Shown here: positions 10,167 through 20,230 of the stretch, piece by piece
Numbering within the stretch: the stretch's first letter is position 1
Layout of the letters: every line of letters starts with the position of its first letter
DNA from: an uncultured Mollicutes bacterium
Lineage (GTDB): Bacteria > Bacillota_I > Bacilli_A > RFN20 > CAG-826
Assembly: GCA_900540365.1 (NCBI GenBank)
Contig: UQFN01000001.1
Location: 15,944 to 79,943, forward strand
Direction of reading: 5' to 3'
Length of the DNA: 64,000 nucleotides
The notes under the pieces: generated by a model
The model's database searches: none
Told to the model about the DNA's origin: nothing
What the model saw: only the letters and a program-made list of their open reading frames with translations
Made by a program: the position numbers and the translations under genes

Positions 10167-12920
10167 TTATACTTTTTGCAATTTTTTTCTAATAAATTTA
10201 ACTAAAACAAATATTTCATGGAAAATTAATGGTACAACTGCGAGACCACAAGCAATTCCCCATTCAAATCCATCAAAATTATGTGTATTAAATACACTAT
10301 TAAAGAAAGGAACTTCTACAACTAAAAGTTGAAGAGCAATTCCAACAATAAAAGCAAGTAGCATCATCCAGTTTTTATTTTTAAAAACGAAAATAAATGA
10401 TCTATTAAAATTAGATACTCCTAACATATGGAAAAGTTGTGAAACAGCTAAAACAGTGAAAGCAACAGTTTGACAATGATGTAATAATGTATCACCATTT
10501 GGAAGACTTGTCATATGGACTAAGTTCTCATAAGTAAAAGCAATATTATTTAAATCAAAGATATGATATGCTGTTAATAAAAATCCTGCTATTGTAATTA
10601 AAGAAATAATTATTCCATATCCAAAAGTTAAGAAATACCCACCATGAGCAAAAATTGATTCATTAGGATCACGAGGTTTTTCTTTCATATTATGTGGATC
10701 TTTAGGATCCATACCAAGAGAAATTGCTGGTAAACTATCAGTAATTAAATTAACCCATAATAAATGAATAGCAATTAATGGGGCAGGTAAACCAATACAA
10801 ATCATAATAAACATTGAAAATACTTCGCCCATATTACAAGAAAGTAAGAAAAGAACAGTCTTTTTAATATTGGCATAAATTCCTCTACCCTCTTCAACTG
10901 CTTTCTCAATAGAAGCAAAATTATCATCAGTTAAAACCATATCAGCTGCACCTTTAGCAACATCAGTTCCAGTAATTCCCATTGCAATTCCAATATCAGC
11001 TGCTTTTAAACTTGGAGCATCATTAACTCCATCACCAGTCATCGCACAAATATTACCGTTTGCTTTAAAAGCTTTAACAATACTAACTTTATTTTCTGGC
11101 GAAACTCTAGCAAAAACACGAACTGTTTTACAAAGTTCTTGCAATTCATTTTCGGATAAATTATCAATATCTTTACCCATTACACATTGGGAAATATCAT
11201 CAGCAATGCCAAGTTCTTTAGCAATTGCAAAAGCTGTATCTTTATGATCACCAGTAATCATTACAGTAGTAATTCCAGCTTGTTTAAATTGTTCAACAGC
11301 ACCTTTTGCTTCTGGTCTAGCAGGGTCAATCATTGCAACTAACCCAACAAATACTAACTCTTCTTCTTTTAATTCATTAGTTTCTTTATAAGTTAATGCT
11401 AAAACACGTAAGGCTTTACTACTAAAATAACTATTTGCTTTATAAATTTCTTCAATATCTTTATCATTAATTAATCTAATTTCATCATTAACTTTAATAT
11501 ATTTTGTAAAAGATAAAACGGAATCTAGAGCGCCTTTAGTGAACTGAATTGTCTTATTATCTTTGTTTTTATGAAGTGTAGACATCATTTTTCTTACACT
11601 ATCAAATGGAAGTTCATTAATTCTAGGTAATGAATTTTCTAAATCCTTTTTATGCATTTCAAACTGATTAGCAAAAACAACTAATGCAATTTCAGTTGGA
11701 TCTCCATAAAGTCCTTCATCAACAGTAGCATTACTACATAAAGACATACCTTTTGCTAACAATTCAAGTTCATTATTATCTTTATTAAAAGTATTAGCAT
11801 CGAAATATTTACCTGGTAAATAAGCTTCCATTACTGTCATCTTGTTTTGAGTTAAAGTACCAGTTTTATCACTACAAACAACACTTACAGCACCTAAAGT
11901 TTCAACACTATGTAATTTTCTAACAATTGTATTAGCTTTAACCATACGTTGAACTCCGATTGCTAATACGATAGTAACAACAGCAGGTAATCCTTCTGGA
12001 ATAGCAGCTACAGCAAGAGCAATACTAGATAAAATTGATTCCATCCAACCATCAACTTCACCAATTTTTCCACCAACTGCAAGCCAAATTATGTCAGCAA
12101 CTAAAACTACAACAATAATAATAATTGTTAAAAATCCTAAGATTTTTGATAATTGAGCTAACTTTTTTTGCAAAGGAGTCTCAGTTTCTTCTTCTTCATC
12201 TAAGGCGGTAGCAATTTTACCGATTTCAGTATTCATACCAGTTGAAGTAACAATACCTTTACCTCTTCCATAAGTAACAGGAGTTGACATGTAAGCCATA
12301 TTTACTTTATCACCTAAAGCAACTGGCTCACTAAAGACAATATTTTTATCTTTTTCAATTGGTAATGATTCACCAGTTAAACTTGATTCGTTTGTTTTTA
12401 AATTGATTGTTTCTATTAATCTTAAATCAGCACCAATAGTGTCGCCTTCTTCTAAAATTACAAGATCTCCAGGAACTAAAAATTCACTTTTTATTTTTAT
12501 ACGCTTTCCATCACGAATTACAGTTGATTCTGGTGAAGACATCTTTTTTAATGCATCAAGAGAATTTTGTGCCTTTTTTTCTTGAATAGTTCCAATAACT
12601 GCATTAAGAATAATAACTACTAAAATTATAATTATGTCGGCCCAGTCAGCTTCTTTATCTTGAACTGTATTTACAATTGAAATTAATAAAGTTACTAAAA
12701 CTGCAGCAAAAAGAACATAAATCATTGGGTCCATCAATTGTTCTAAGAAAATACGAATAATACTTTTCTTCTTCTTTTCTTCTAATTTGTTTGGACCATA
12801 TTTTTCTAAACGTTTTTGTGCCTCTAAAGACGTTAAACCTTTTTCTTCATTGGTTTCTAGTTTTAAAATTGTCTCTTTTGCAGACAAAGTTTCAAAATTA
12901 TTGTTGTTTTCATTTGCCAT
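10167..12920 (-). CDS. P-type cation-transporting ATPase (type IIA Ca2+/Mn2+-ATPase-like)
   Basis: 917 aa. Phosphorylation motif CSDKTGTLTQN, nucleotide-binding TGD and hinge GDGVNDAPSLKAADIGIAMG, and 10 TM helices. The RBS AAAAAGGAG precedes the ATG at 12920. Confidence 0.9.
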   Translation of the reverse strand: MANENNNNFETLSAKETILKLETNEEKGLTSLEAQKRLEKYGPNKLEEKKKKSIIRIFLEQLMDPMIYVLFAAVLVTLLISIVNTVQDKEADWADIIIILVVIILNAVIGTIQEKKAQNSLDALKKMSSPESTVIRDGKRIKIKSEFLVPGDLVILEEGDTIGADLRLIETINLKTNESSLTGESLPIEKDKNIVFSEPVALGDKVNMAYMSTPVTYGRGKGIVTSTGMNTEIGKIATALDEEEETETPLQKKLAQLSKILGFLTIIIIVVVLVADIIWLAVGGKIGEVDGWMESILSSIALAVAAIPEGLPAVVTIVLAIGVQRMVKANTIVRKLHSVETLGAVSVVCSDKTGTLTQNKMTVMEAYLPGKYFDANTFNKDNNELELLAKGMSLCSNATVDEGLYGDPTEIALVVFANQFEMHKKDLENSLPRINELPFDSVRKMMSTLHKNKDNKTIQFTKGALDSVLSFTKYIKVNDEIRLINDKDIEEIYKANSYFSSKALRVLALTYKETNELKEEELVFVGLVAMIDPARPEAKGAVEQFKQAGITTVMITGDHKDTAFAIAKELGIADDISQCVMGKDIDNLSENELQELCKTVRVFARVSPENKVSIVKAFKANGNICAMTGDGVNDAPSLKAADIGIAMGITGTDVAKGAADMVLTDDNFASIEKAVEEGRGIYANIKKTVLFLLSCNMGEVFSMFIMICIGLPAPLIAIHLLWVNLITDSLPAISLGMDPKDPHNMKEKPRDPNESIFAHGGYFLTFGYGIIISLITIAGFLLTAYHIFDLNNIAFTYENLVHMTSLPNGDTLLHHCQTVAFTVLAVSQLFHMLGVSNFNRSFIFVFKNKNWMMLLAFIVGIALQLLVVEVPFFNSVFNTHNFDGFEWGIACGLAVVPLIFHEIFVLVKFIRKKLQKV

Positions 12921-12929
12921 AAATTTCTC

Positions 12930-13018
12930 CTTTTTATGGTCTTGCTAGAGAAAATTCCGCATAAAGCCTGGTTTTAACCGAGATGTAGACATTTATGCTA
13001 AGCTACTCCCCATATAAG
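12930..13018 (-). promoter_or_regulatory. yybP-ykoY (Mn2+) riboswitch in the 5' leader of the P-type ATPase gene
   Basis: Minus-strand RNA reads UAUGGGGAGUAGCUUAGCAUAAAUGUCUACAUCUCGGUUAAAACCAGGCUUUAUGCGGAAUUUUCUCUAGCAAGACCAUAAAAAGGAG. It has the conserved 5' GGGGAGUAG and 3' UAGCAAGACC blocks of yybP-ykoY. A closing helix UAUGG/CCAUA and an internal helix GCAUAAA/UUUAUGC are present. This is the only GC-rich patch in an AT-rich spacer, and it abuts the RBS. Confidence 0.75.
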
Positions 13019-13074
13019 TAAATATTTTATATAAAATATTTCTTAAATCAATATTAATTTAGGTAATATTGAAG

Positions 13075-13575
13075 ATGTATTTTATTTTTGATAATCTATT
13101 AGAAATGCATATTAGTAAAGCTCAATTTGTATATTTTATGACATGTAATTTTCCTGTCACGTTTTTTATATGCTTAACTTACTCATTATGGGCTTCTTTT
13201 GATATTGATTGGCTTAATTTTTTATATAATTTTTTAATAGGTTATACAATTAGTAATTTTGTTAGTGCATTTGTCCCACTAGTTAAAATTGGAAAATGGT
13301 TTACAAAAAAGTTTAATGTTCCAAATGAAACTTATAGCGGAAATATTAAATATCGTTTATTAGCAGTTTTTATTATAACAATGATTTTCTTTATTTTTGT
13401 AAACCCTGTATTAACTACTTTTAATTATTTTTATTATCAGAAAACTGATCCTCTAGGAGCTTTTCTAGATTGGTTAATTTCATTACCATTAGTATTAGTT
13501 GTTAGTTATTTAGTTAGCTTAGTTTCAGATTTTTTTGCTTATCGACTTGCTAAAAAAATTGATAAAAATTTTTAA
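13075..13575 (+). CDS. hypothetical polytopic membrane protein
   Basis: ORF with about 5 hydrophobic helices. The track start (13069) is a TTG, and an ATG at 13075 (MYFIFDN...) is more likely. This is the only plus-strand gene in the first 19 kb. Confidence 0.5.
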   Translation: MYFIFDNLLEMHISKAQFVYFMTCNFPVTFFICLTYSLWASFDIDWLNFLYNFLIGYTISNFVSAFVPLVKIGKWFTKKFNVPNETYSGNIKYRLLAVFIITMIFFIFVNPVLTTFNYFYYQKTDPLGAFLDWLISLPLVLVVSYLVSLVSDFFAYRLAKKIDKNF

Positions 13576-13608
13576 AAATGTCTTAGTTTTAAAGGGTTTT
13601 TATAAATT

Positions 13609-16600
13609 CTAAGGCTTTTTTAATTTAATTTTATTCTCATAAATTTCAAAAGTTTCATTATATTTACGCACAACAAAATTAATTAATTTTTCTAACTTAT
13701 TAGAAACATTATTATTTATAACTTTTAAATTAAATAAATTAGCTAACATTTTGATTACTTCATTTAATTCTAAATCGTTTTGATATTTTAAAATATCTTT
13801 TAAAGCGTTTCTAATTTCAACACTTGAAACAAAAGAAATATCTCTTTGATCGCTTGTACTACTACGATATATTTGATATAAATTTTCATCAAAATTTAAT
13901 GGATAATAAAATGAATCAAAACATTCATTTTTAATTTGATAATTATTTAAAACTGGCATTAAATGTTTTTCAAATATTCTTTCAAATCTTGTTCCAGTTC
14001 GAGAAATATCAAATAATTCTTTAAATCTAGCATATAAAACTTGTTTGGAAATTGGTGCTTCATAATCAATATATTCACTAAGAAGCATACTGAGTCTATT
14101 ATATGTTACATCCTCAATTACAGATTCATATTTATATTTGACATTTGGTACAAACTTCATATATTCAATTTTATTTTGATAAGGAGTAATAACTTCCTTT
14201 TCAAAATTTAAATTAACTGGATTAGTTTTATTTATCGATAAATCAAAAGGAGTTTTAATCGCTCTTAAGATATCAGCAATAACTTCATCCTTATTTTTAT
14301 AGTAATCTAAAGTATAAATACGTAAAATTTTCCAATTTAAACGATCTAAAATATGTGGTTGAACATAATTTCTATCACGACAAGTTAAAGTATTTAAATA
14401 ATTTTTACTATCAAGAATAATACCTAATAAATATTCATTATTAATTCCTTTTATGGCGATATTAATTTTAAATTTGCTATCACCAATATTTAAATCAAGG
14501 TCATAACCAAGTTTAATTAAATCGTTAGCAATGCTTTTTTCTACTCCTTCTTCATAGTTAACAGTTTCATCATATTCACTAATTAAATAATTACCACCAA
14601 GTTCAGCATATTTTAAGAAATCTTTTAAAACTTTAGCGCCATTATTTTTTACTTTATCAACATCGATATCGTTTCCTTTAATTGAGGAATAAATAATCAT
14701 TTCTTTTCTACTTCTAGTTATTGCAACATTAAGTCTTCTTTCTCCTTTTTCTAAAGATAGTGGACCAAAGAAATTATTTAAACGATTATATTTATTTTTG
14801 CTATAACCAATAGAAAATAAAATAACATCTCTTTCGTCTCCTTGAACATTTTCAAGATTTTTAACAAATATTTTGTCTTTATTTTCTTCGTTTTTCTTAT
14901 AAAAAGAAGGATACTGAGCAAATAAATCTTCAATTAAGTCTTCAATTAACTCTTGTTGTTTAATATTAAATGTAATTATACCTATGCTTAATTTAGATAA
15001 GTTTTCATCTGAAAATCTTCTTTTAACTTCTTTAACTATTTCAAAAGCTTCTACTCTATTTACACCATTATCATTAACCCCTAAAGGTAAATATTTAAAA
15101 AATATTTTATTCTCATTATTTGGGCTAGGGAAAGTTAATAAAGAATGATTATAAAAATAGTTATTAGAAAATTTAATTAAAGATTCACTTTCACTACGAT
15201 AATGCCACAATAAACGATTTCGTTTCATATTTAAGGTTAAAGCATCGTCTAGTAAACTTTCTAAATCTTCACATGTATCATCATTTAAAAATTCATCTTG
15301 ATAATTATCGACATTTGTTTTAAAGAAATTTGATGGAGGCATTTGTTCTGGATCACCTGCAATTATTAAACTATTTCCTCTACTAATTGCTCCAAGAGCT
15401 TCGCATGTTTTTATTTGACTAGCTTCATCAAAAATAACAATATCAAATTTCTTATTATCAATACTTAAATATTGAGCTGCACTAAGAGGTGACATAAAAA
15501 ATATCGGGGTAATATTTCTAATAATATCTTCATAATCTTTTAAAATATTACGAATAGAAGTATTTTTACCTCCATTTTTAATTAATTTTAAAAGTTTATA
15601 TACATTAGTTGATTTAGCATATTCAATACTATCTAAAGGGTAGTTTTTAGTAACTCTACTTGCAGTTTCTTTAATTAAAAGGGCATTATATTCATCTAGA
15701 TATTCGTTATATTTTTTAATTGCTTCATTAAATAAAAGTCCATTAAATTCAATAAAATAAGGATCATTAAAATAAGTAGATATAATTGTTTTATAATAAC
15801 TTAACAAATATCTTTGGTGAAGTGTAAATAAAGAAATATCTCCACGACGATAAAGGGTAATTAATGGTTCATAAAATTTATTTTCAATTAATTTATCTAA
15901 TAAAGAATTAATAAGATTTACATTATATATATCTTTAGAATTTTCTATTTGATTATTAAGTAAAGAAATATAATTTTCTAAATAAGTGTTACTTATATCA
16001 AATCTTAATAATTTTGAATTATACCCATATAAATAAGTTAACTTATTTTCAAGATTAATAATTTGATTATGATAATCATTTATTGAAGTTATTAATCCAG
16101 TGTAATCTTTTTGTTTTAATAAATTATAGAAATTTTTAAATTTATTAAAATGAATTAAATAATTATCATCCTTTATGAAAATTTTATTAAAAAGATTTAT
16201 AAAAAGATAAGAAGAATCTAAAGTATCTTTTAAACTGCTATAGTTATAATTAATATCTTCTTTTAAAACTGGAAATACTTTAATTAGATTGTTATTTATG
16301 CCATTCATCAAAGAAATTAAATTAACAGCTTCTTCAATTTTATTTAATAAATTTACATAATTTTTAAAACTAATTTTTAATTTTTTATTTGAGATTTGCA
16401 GGCTTTTTAATGTTTTTAACTGGTTTTTAAATATTTTATGACGTTTAAAATAACCGTTTGAATGATCTAATAACTCTTTTTTAAATAAGGTTACATCCTC
16501 TTTTAAAATATCAAGACGATAATACTTTAATATATCATTTAATAAAGAATTAAGTTTGATTCCTAAATTAATGACTTTATAGTTGTTGCTAATATTTTCA

Positions 16601-19383
16601 ATGAACTCAGTAGTATAAATATTATTAAAACTAACTTCGTGATCTTTAAAAGTATTTAAAATGTTAATTAAAGTTTCAATGTTATTTTTATTTAAAGTTA
16701 TATCATCGTTAATTAAATTAGATAACTCATAAATGCTATTTTTATATTCATTTATAATTAATTTTAATTCTTGAAGATTATCTTTTAATTCATTTAAATT
16801 AATTTCTTTTTTCTCTAACTTATAAGGATAAAAATATTCATCTTTATATTCTTTTCTTGCTGATTCAATTTCTTTTATTGTTTCGATAATTTCTTCAATA
16901 CTTTCTTTATTTTCTTTAGAAAGTTTTAAAGCATCTTCATATTCATCAGAATTTTTAAATTCAAATTCTTTTAAAGAGAAATATTTTGTTAAAGCATCAT
17001 GTAAGCTTATTCCATGAAGATTTGAATTTAACTTTTCAATTAACTTATTTAAATATTCCTTTTTGTTTAATAATTTTTCTTCAACATCTTTTAATTCTAT
17101 TGGACTTTGTAAACGTCCATAATTCAAAGCTTGCTCAATTTGTTCTAAAACATGTCTTTTTGTTGCTTTGTTGGAATGAATTTCTAAACAAAAATCACCA
17201 AGTTTAATATCATCAATACGTTTTTTAACTACCTCAAGAGCAGCCATTTTTTGTGCGACAAATAAGACGCTTTTATGATGATATAAAGCGTTAACAATCA
17301 TATTAACAATTGTCTGTGATTTTCCAGTTCCAGGAGGACCATCTAAAACAAAACTTACATTATTAATCGAATCTTTAATTGCTTTTATCTGACTACTATC
17401 AGCACCTAAAGGAATTGCTAAATCAGTTAATTTTGTATCATCTAATATTTCATCTTCTTCGTTTTGATAAGGCGTCTCTTTAACTAAGCGCTTAATAAAA
17501 TCGTTTTTAAGTAATTCATCTTTTCTTAAATTTAAATCATTCCATAGTATTTGGTTACTAAAAGTAAAATTAGAAATAAAAGCTTTTTTCTCATCAAGTA
17601 ATAAGGAACAACTTTTTGAAGTTCTACTTCTTATAAAATTAAAAATTGAATTGATGTTTGTTTCGGTAATAATTTTTTTATTTATATCATATATATCATC
17701 AAAGCTAATTCCACTATTTAATTTAATGAACTCAAATACAGTCGTATTAAGAAGTAAATTATCAATATCAACTTCTATTTCAAAAGCATCTAAAGATTTT
17801 CTTAACTTAGATTTTATAGGAATTAATAAAATTGGAGCATTAAAAGATTTAACACTATTTTTTAAAGTGAATGTTAATAAACCTAAAGCTAAATAAAGTG
17901 CATTACTTCCAGTTTCTTCCATAATGCTATTAGCTTTTCTAATTAATTTAATATATGTCTTATCATCAATCGAAATAGGATAAATATTTTTTTCTATTAG
18001 ATATAAATAATCATTTTTAACATTTTCAGTTATAAATTCATTTTTGCTTAGCTTTAAATTAAGAGGAAAAACTTTAATTACATTATTTTCACTAATTTTA
18101 CTAAAAAGATTTTGAATACTATCTATAACAACTTCGGCAATATTATTGCCATAACTAAAATTAATTAATTTATTTTTTAAGCTGAGATCTAAAAGCTTTT
18201 TTCTCCAATAGATGAATTTATTGTTGTCTTTTGCGGTCCTTTCATATATCAATCCATCACCATCGGTTTTCTTGTTAACAAATTCATGATTCAAATTATT
18301 TTTAAAATAAACATCAACTTTATTCTCATTTATTACTTCATAACTAGGTATAGGTTTAACAAAAGAATGATGTAAATTTGATATATTTAAAGCTGTAAAA
18401 TTTTTAACATAATTTTCTAAATGTTTTCTTGCACTTTCATTAGCTTCATTAAAACTAACATTCTTTCCAAGAGTAAACGATGTAGTTTCGACAAGTTCAA
18501 TTTTCATATTGCCTAATGTCGAATAATTATATATTTTTCCAACATCATTAATAACATTTTCAATAAAACGATCTTCACTTAAAAAAGCACCTGCAAAAGC
18601 GTGTCCTTCAATAATAACTAATATCGGTGAAATTCCTAAAACTTCTAATATTGAACAATATAAAATACTTAAATCTAGGCAAGTCCCTAACTTAGTACTT
18701 AAAACAGTATTTGGTAATCTTACTCTTTGAAATTTATTAAATGAACTTGGCGGATTTAAATAAGCAATGTTTTCTTTAACTAGCGCATTATAAACTGCGC
18801 ACATCTCTAAACGAACACTATCTATATCGTTAGCTTGATAGCCAATAAAATTTGGATTAGAACTTCTTAAAAGTTCTAATTCTTTTGTTGCTTTATATAT
18901 TAAATTAGTTATATTTGGATCGTTTGGTGTAACAAAACTAGCTAATAAACTTAAATTTGATGAAATACTATTTGATTCATTAAGGGGAAATAATGAATAA
19001 GGCAAATTAACTTCATTTAAAATATCATTTTCTAAATTTACTAATTTTACATTTAAAATTAACGGGATACATTCACTTAAAAAATATAAATCTTTAACAT
19101 TAAAATTAATTGAAATATTTTCACTAAATTTAACAATACTTTTCGGAGTAATTAAAGAAATATTAATGTCATTTATTTTAATTAATTCAGTATTTGTATC
19201 AAATATTAACTTTAAATCTTTAAAGTATAGATCAGATTTATTTTCAATAATAATTTCCTTAATAAAAGAGTATAAAGTTGTTTTCAAAGTGTTTGATTTT
19301 AATTTGATAAAAGCATCAGCTTGATAATTAAGATAATCGTACTCATTATTAAGATCAATATTTACTAAGATATTTTCATTCAT
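13609..19383 (-). CDS. giant DUF4011-like / Upf1-like (AAA_11/AAA_12) SF1 helicase fused to a DUF559 (Vsr-like) endonuclease domain and a C-terminal DUF3320-like region
   Basis: 1924-aa uninterrupted ORF. Helicase motifs present are motif I (DGPPGTGKSQT), motif II (IFDEASQ), GDPEQMPP, motif V (VQGDERDVILFS) and motif VI (VAITRSRKEM). Downstream is a DUF559-like block (KINIAIKGINNEYLLGIILDSKNY...RDR...WKILRIY). The N-terminal ~650 aa includes LYLALGLLTF, typical of DUF4011. Confidence 0.8.
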   Translation of the reverse strand: MNENILVNIDLNNEYDYLNYQADAFIKLKSNTLKTTLYSFIKEIIIENKSDLYFKDLKLIFDTNTELIKINDINISLITPKSIVKFSENISINFNVKDLYFLSECIPLILNVKLVNLENDILNEVNLPYSLFPLNESNSISSNLSLLASFVTPNDPNITNLIYKATKELELLRSSNPNFIGYQANDIDSVRLEMCAVYNALVKENIAYLNPPSSFNKFQRVRLPNTVLSTKLGTCLDLSILYCSILEVLGISPILVIIEGHAFAGAFLSEDRFIENVINDVGKIYNYSTLGNMKIELVETTSFTLGKNVSFNEANESARKHLENYVKNFTALNISNLHHSFVKPIPSYEVINENKVDVYFKNNLNHEFVNKKTDGDGLIYERTAKDNNKFIYWRKKLLDLSLKNKLINFSYGNNIAEVVIDSIQNLFSKISENNVIKVFPLNLKLSKNEFITENVKNDYLYLIEKNIYPISIDDKTYIKLIRKANSIMEETGSNALYLALGLLTFTLKNSVKSFNAPILLIPIKSKLRKSLDAFEIEVDIDNLLLNTTVFEFIKLNSGISFDDIYDINKKIITETNINSIFNFIRSRTSKSCSLLLDEKKAFISNFTFSNQILWNDLNLRKDELLKNDFIKRLVKETPYQNEEDEILDDTKLTDLAIPLGADSSQIKAIKDSINNVSFVLDGPPGTGKSQTIVNMIVNALYHHKSVLFVAQKMAALEVVKKRIDDIKLGDFCLEIHSNKATKRHVLEQIEQALNYGRLQSPIELKDVEEKLLNKKEYLNKLIEKLNSNLHGISLHDALTKYFSLKEFEFKNSDEYEDALKLSKENKESIEEIIETIKEIESARKEYKDEYFYPYKLEKKEINLNELKDNLQELKLIINEYKNSIYELSNLINDDITLNKNNIETLINILNTFKDHEVSFNNIYTTEFIENISNNYKVINLGIKLNSLLNDILKYYRLDILKEDVTLFKKELLDHSNGYFKRHKIFKNQLKTLKSLQISNKKLKISFKNYVNLLNKIEEAVNLISLMNGINNNLIKVFPVLKEDINYNYSSLKDTLDSSYLFINLFNKIFIKDDNYLIHFNKFKNFYNLLKQKDYTGLITSINDYHNQIINLENKLTYLYGYNSKLLRFDISNTYLENYISLLNNQIENSKDIYNVNLINSLLDKLIENKFYEPLITLYRRGDISLFTLHQRYLLSYYKTIISTYFNDPYFIEFNGLLFNEAIKKYNEYLDEYNALLIKETASRVTKNYPLDSIEYAKSTNVYKLLKLIKNGGKNTSIRNILKDYEDIIRNITPIFFMSPLSAAQYLSIDNKKFDIVIFDEASQIKTCEALGAISRGNSLIIAGDPEQMPPSNFFKTNVDNYQDEFLNDDTCEDLESLLDDALTLNMKRNRLLWHYRSESESLIKFSNNYFYNHSLLTFPSPNNENKIFFKYLPLGVNDNGVNRVEAFEIVKEVKRRFSDENLSKLSIGIITFNIKQQELIEDLIEDLFAQYPSFYKKNEENKDKIFVKNLENVQGDERDVILFSIGYSKNKYNRLNNFFGPLSLEKGERRLNVAITRSRKEMIIYSSIKGNDIDVDKVKNNGAKVLKDFLKYAELGGNYLISEYDETVNYEEGVEKSIANDLIKLGYDLDLNIGDSKFKINIAIKGINNEYLLGIILDSKNYLNTLTCRDRNYVQPHILDRLNWKILRIYTLDYYKNKDEVIADILRAIKTPFDLSINKTNPVNLNFEKEVITPYQNKIEYMKFVPNVKYKYESVIEDVTYNRLSMLLSEYIDYEAPISKQVLYARFKELFDISRTGTRFERIFEKHLMPVLNNYQIKNECFDSFYYPLNFDENLYQIYRSSTSDQRDISFVSSVEIRNALKDILKYQNDLELNEVIKMLANLFNLKVINNNVSNKLEKLINFVVRKYNETFEIYENKIKLKKP

Positions 19384-19609
19384 ATATTTATTATATTTGA
19401 TTTTACCTTTATATAAATAAAATATTTAATAAAAATTAAATATTTTTCTTATTAAATAATTTTTAAAATTTGTCACTTAAAAAATAAAATTTAAGCTTTT
19501 TCAAAAGAGGAAATTTAAAAAATATTACCTTTTTGCAAGGTTTTTTAGAATTTTAACGACTTTATTTATACATATTTATTTTAAAGTGTTTTTGTTTTAT
19601 ACTTTCTTT

Positions 19610-20230
19610 ATGAACAATAAAAACGAAAATAATACGAACTACAAATATAAACTAAATATTTTAATTTCACTCTGTTTAATTTTATTAATAATTATTTGTA
19701 TATTAATAGCATTCATTCTTTTTGATAAACGCTTAAATCAATCTAATGATGAAGTTAAAGATTTTATTGATAATATTAGCCTTGATGTAACATTAAATGA
19801 CACTAAAGAAATCGATGTCACTATAAAAGAAACAAGCTTAGATGTTGATGTCTTCATTTCAAGAGTTGATACAAGTAAACTTAAATATGATTTTAAAGAT
19901 AATTTAAATAATAGAAATTACTATTTATATTTTGATGATGAAACTTCTGCTTACGTAAGTAATATCTCTAATTTAGATTATTCTAATAATGAAGTTGTTA
20001 GTAATTACATAAATGACTTATTTGAAACTTATATCGAAAATTATTTATTTTATGAGTCGAAATTAAATAATTTAAATCTCAATAATTTAAATTATTCCTT
20101 AATTGAATCAAATAAACTATTAATAAAAGATAGTGATGAAAATTATTTATTAATTAACGATTATGGATTAATTATAGAAGAAAAGTTAAATAATAGTTCT
20201 CTTAATGGAAATTATAAATTTGCTAATTAG
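19610..20230 (+). CDS. hypothetical membrane-anchored protein
   Basis: ORF with a single N-terminal TM (ILISLCLILLIIICILIAFILF) and an Asn/Asp-rich ectodomain. The start is uncertain (19586 or 19610). It overlaps convergently with the ABC exporter stop. Confidence 0.45.
   Translation: MNNKNENNTNYKYKLNILISLCLILLIIICILIAFILFDKRLNQSNDEVKDFIDNISLDVTLNDTKEIDVTIKETSLDVDVFISRVDTSKLKYDFKDNLNNRNYYLYFDDETSAYVSNISNLDYSNNEVVSNYINDLFETYIENYLFYESKLNNLNLNNLNYSLIESNKLLIKDSDENYLLINDYGLIIEEKLNNSSLNGNYKFAN

Noticed and set aside
10140-10200. Hairpin TTGCAAAATTATACTTTTTGCAA followed by T-run as terminator of the P-type ATPase gene
   Set aside because: The T-run follows the hairpin only on the plus strand, and the gene is on the minus strand. 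On the minus strand the hairpin is followed by GCGTCTTG and then the RBS of the next gene. It is more likely an intercistronic structure than a terminator.
19384-19585. Possible regulatory RNA in the 200-nt leader of the giant helicase gene
   Set aside because: Uniformly AT-rich with no stable helices or conserved blocks. It looks like an ordinary divergent promoter region.
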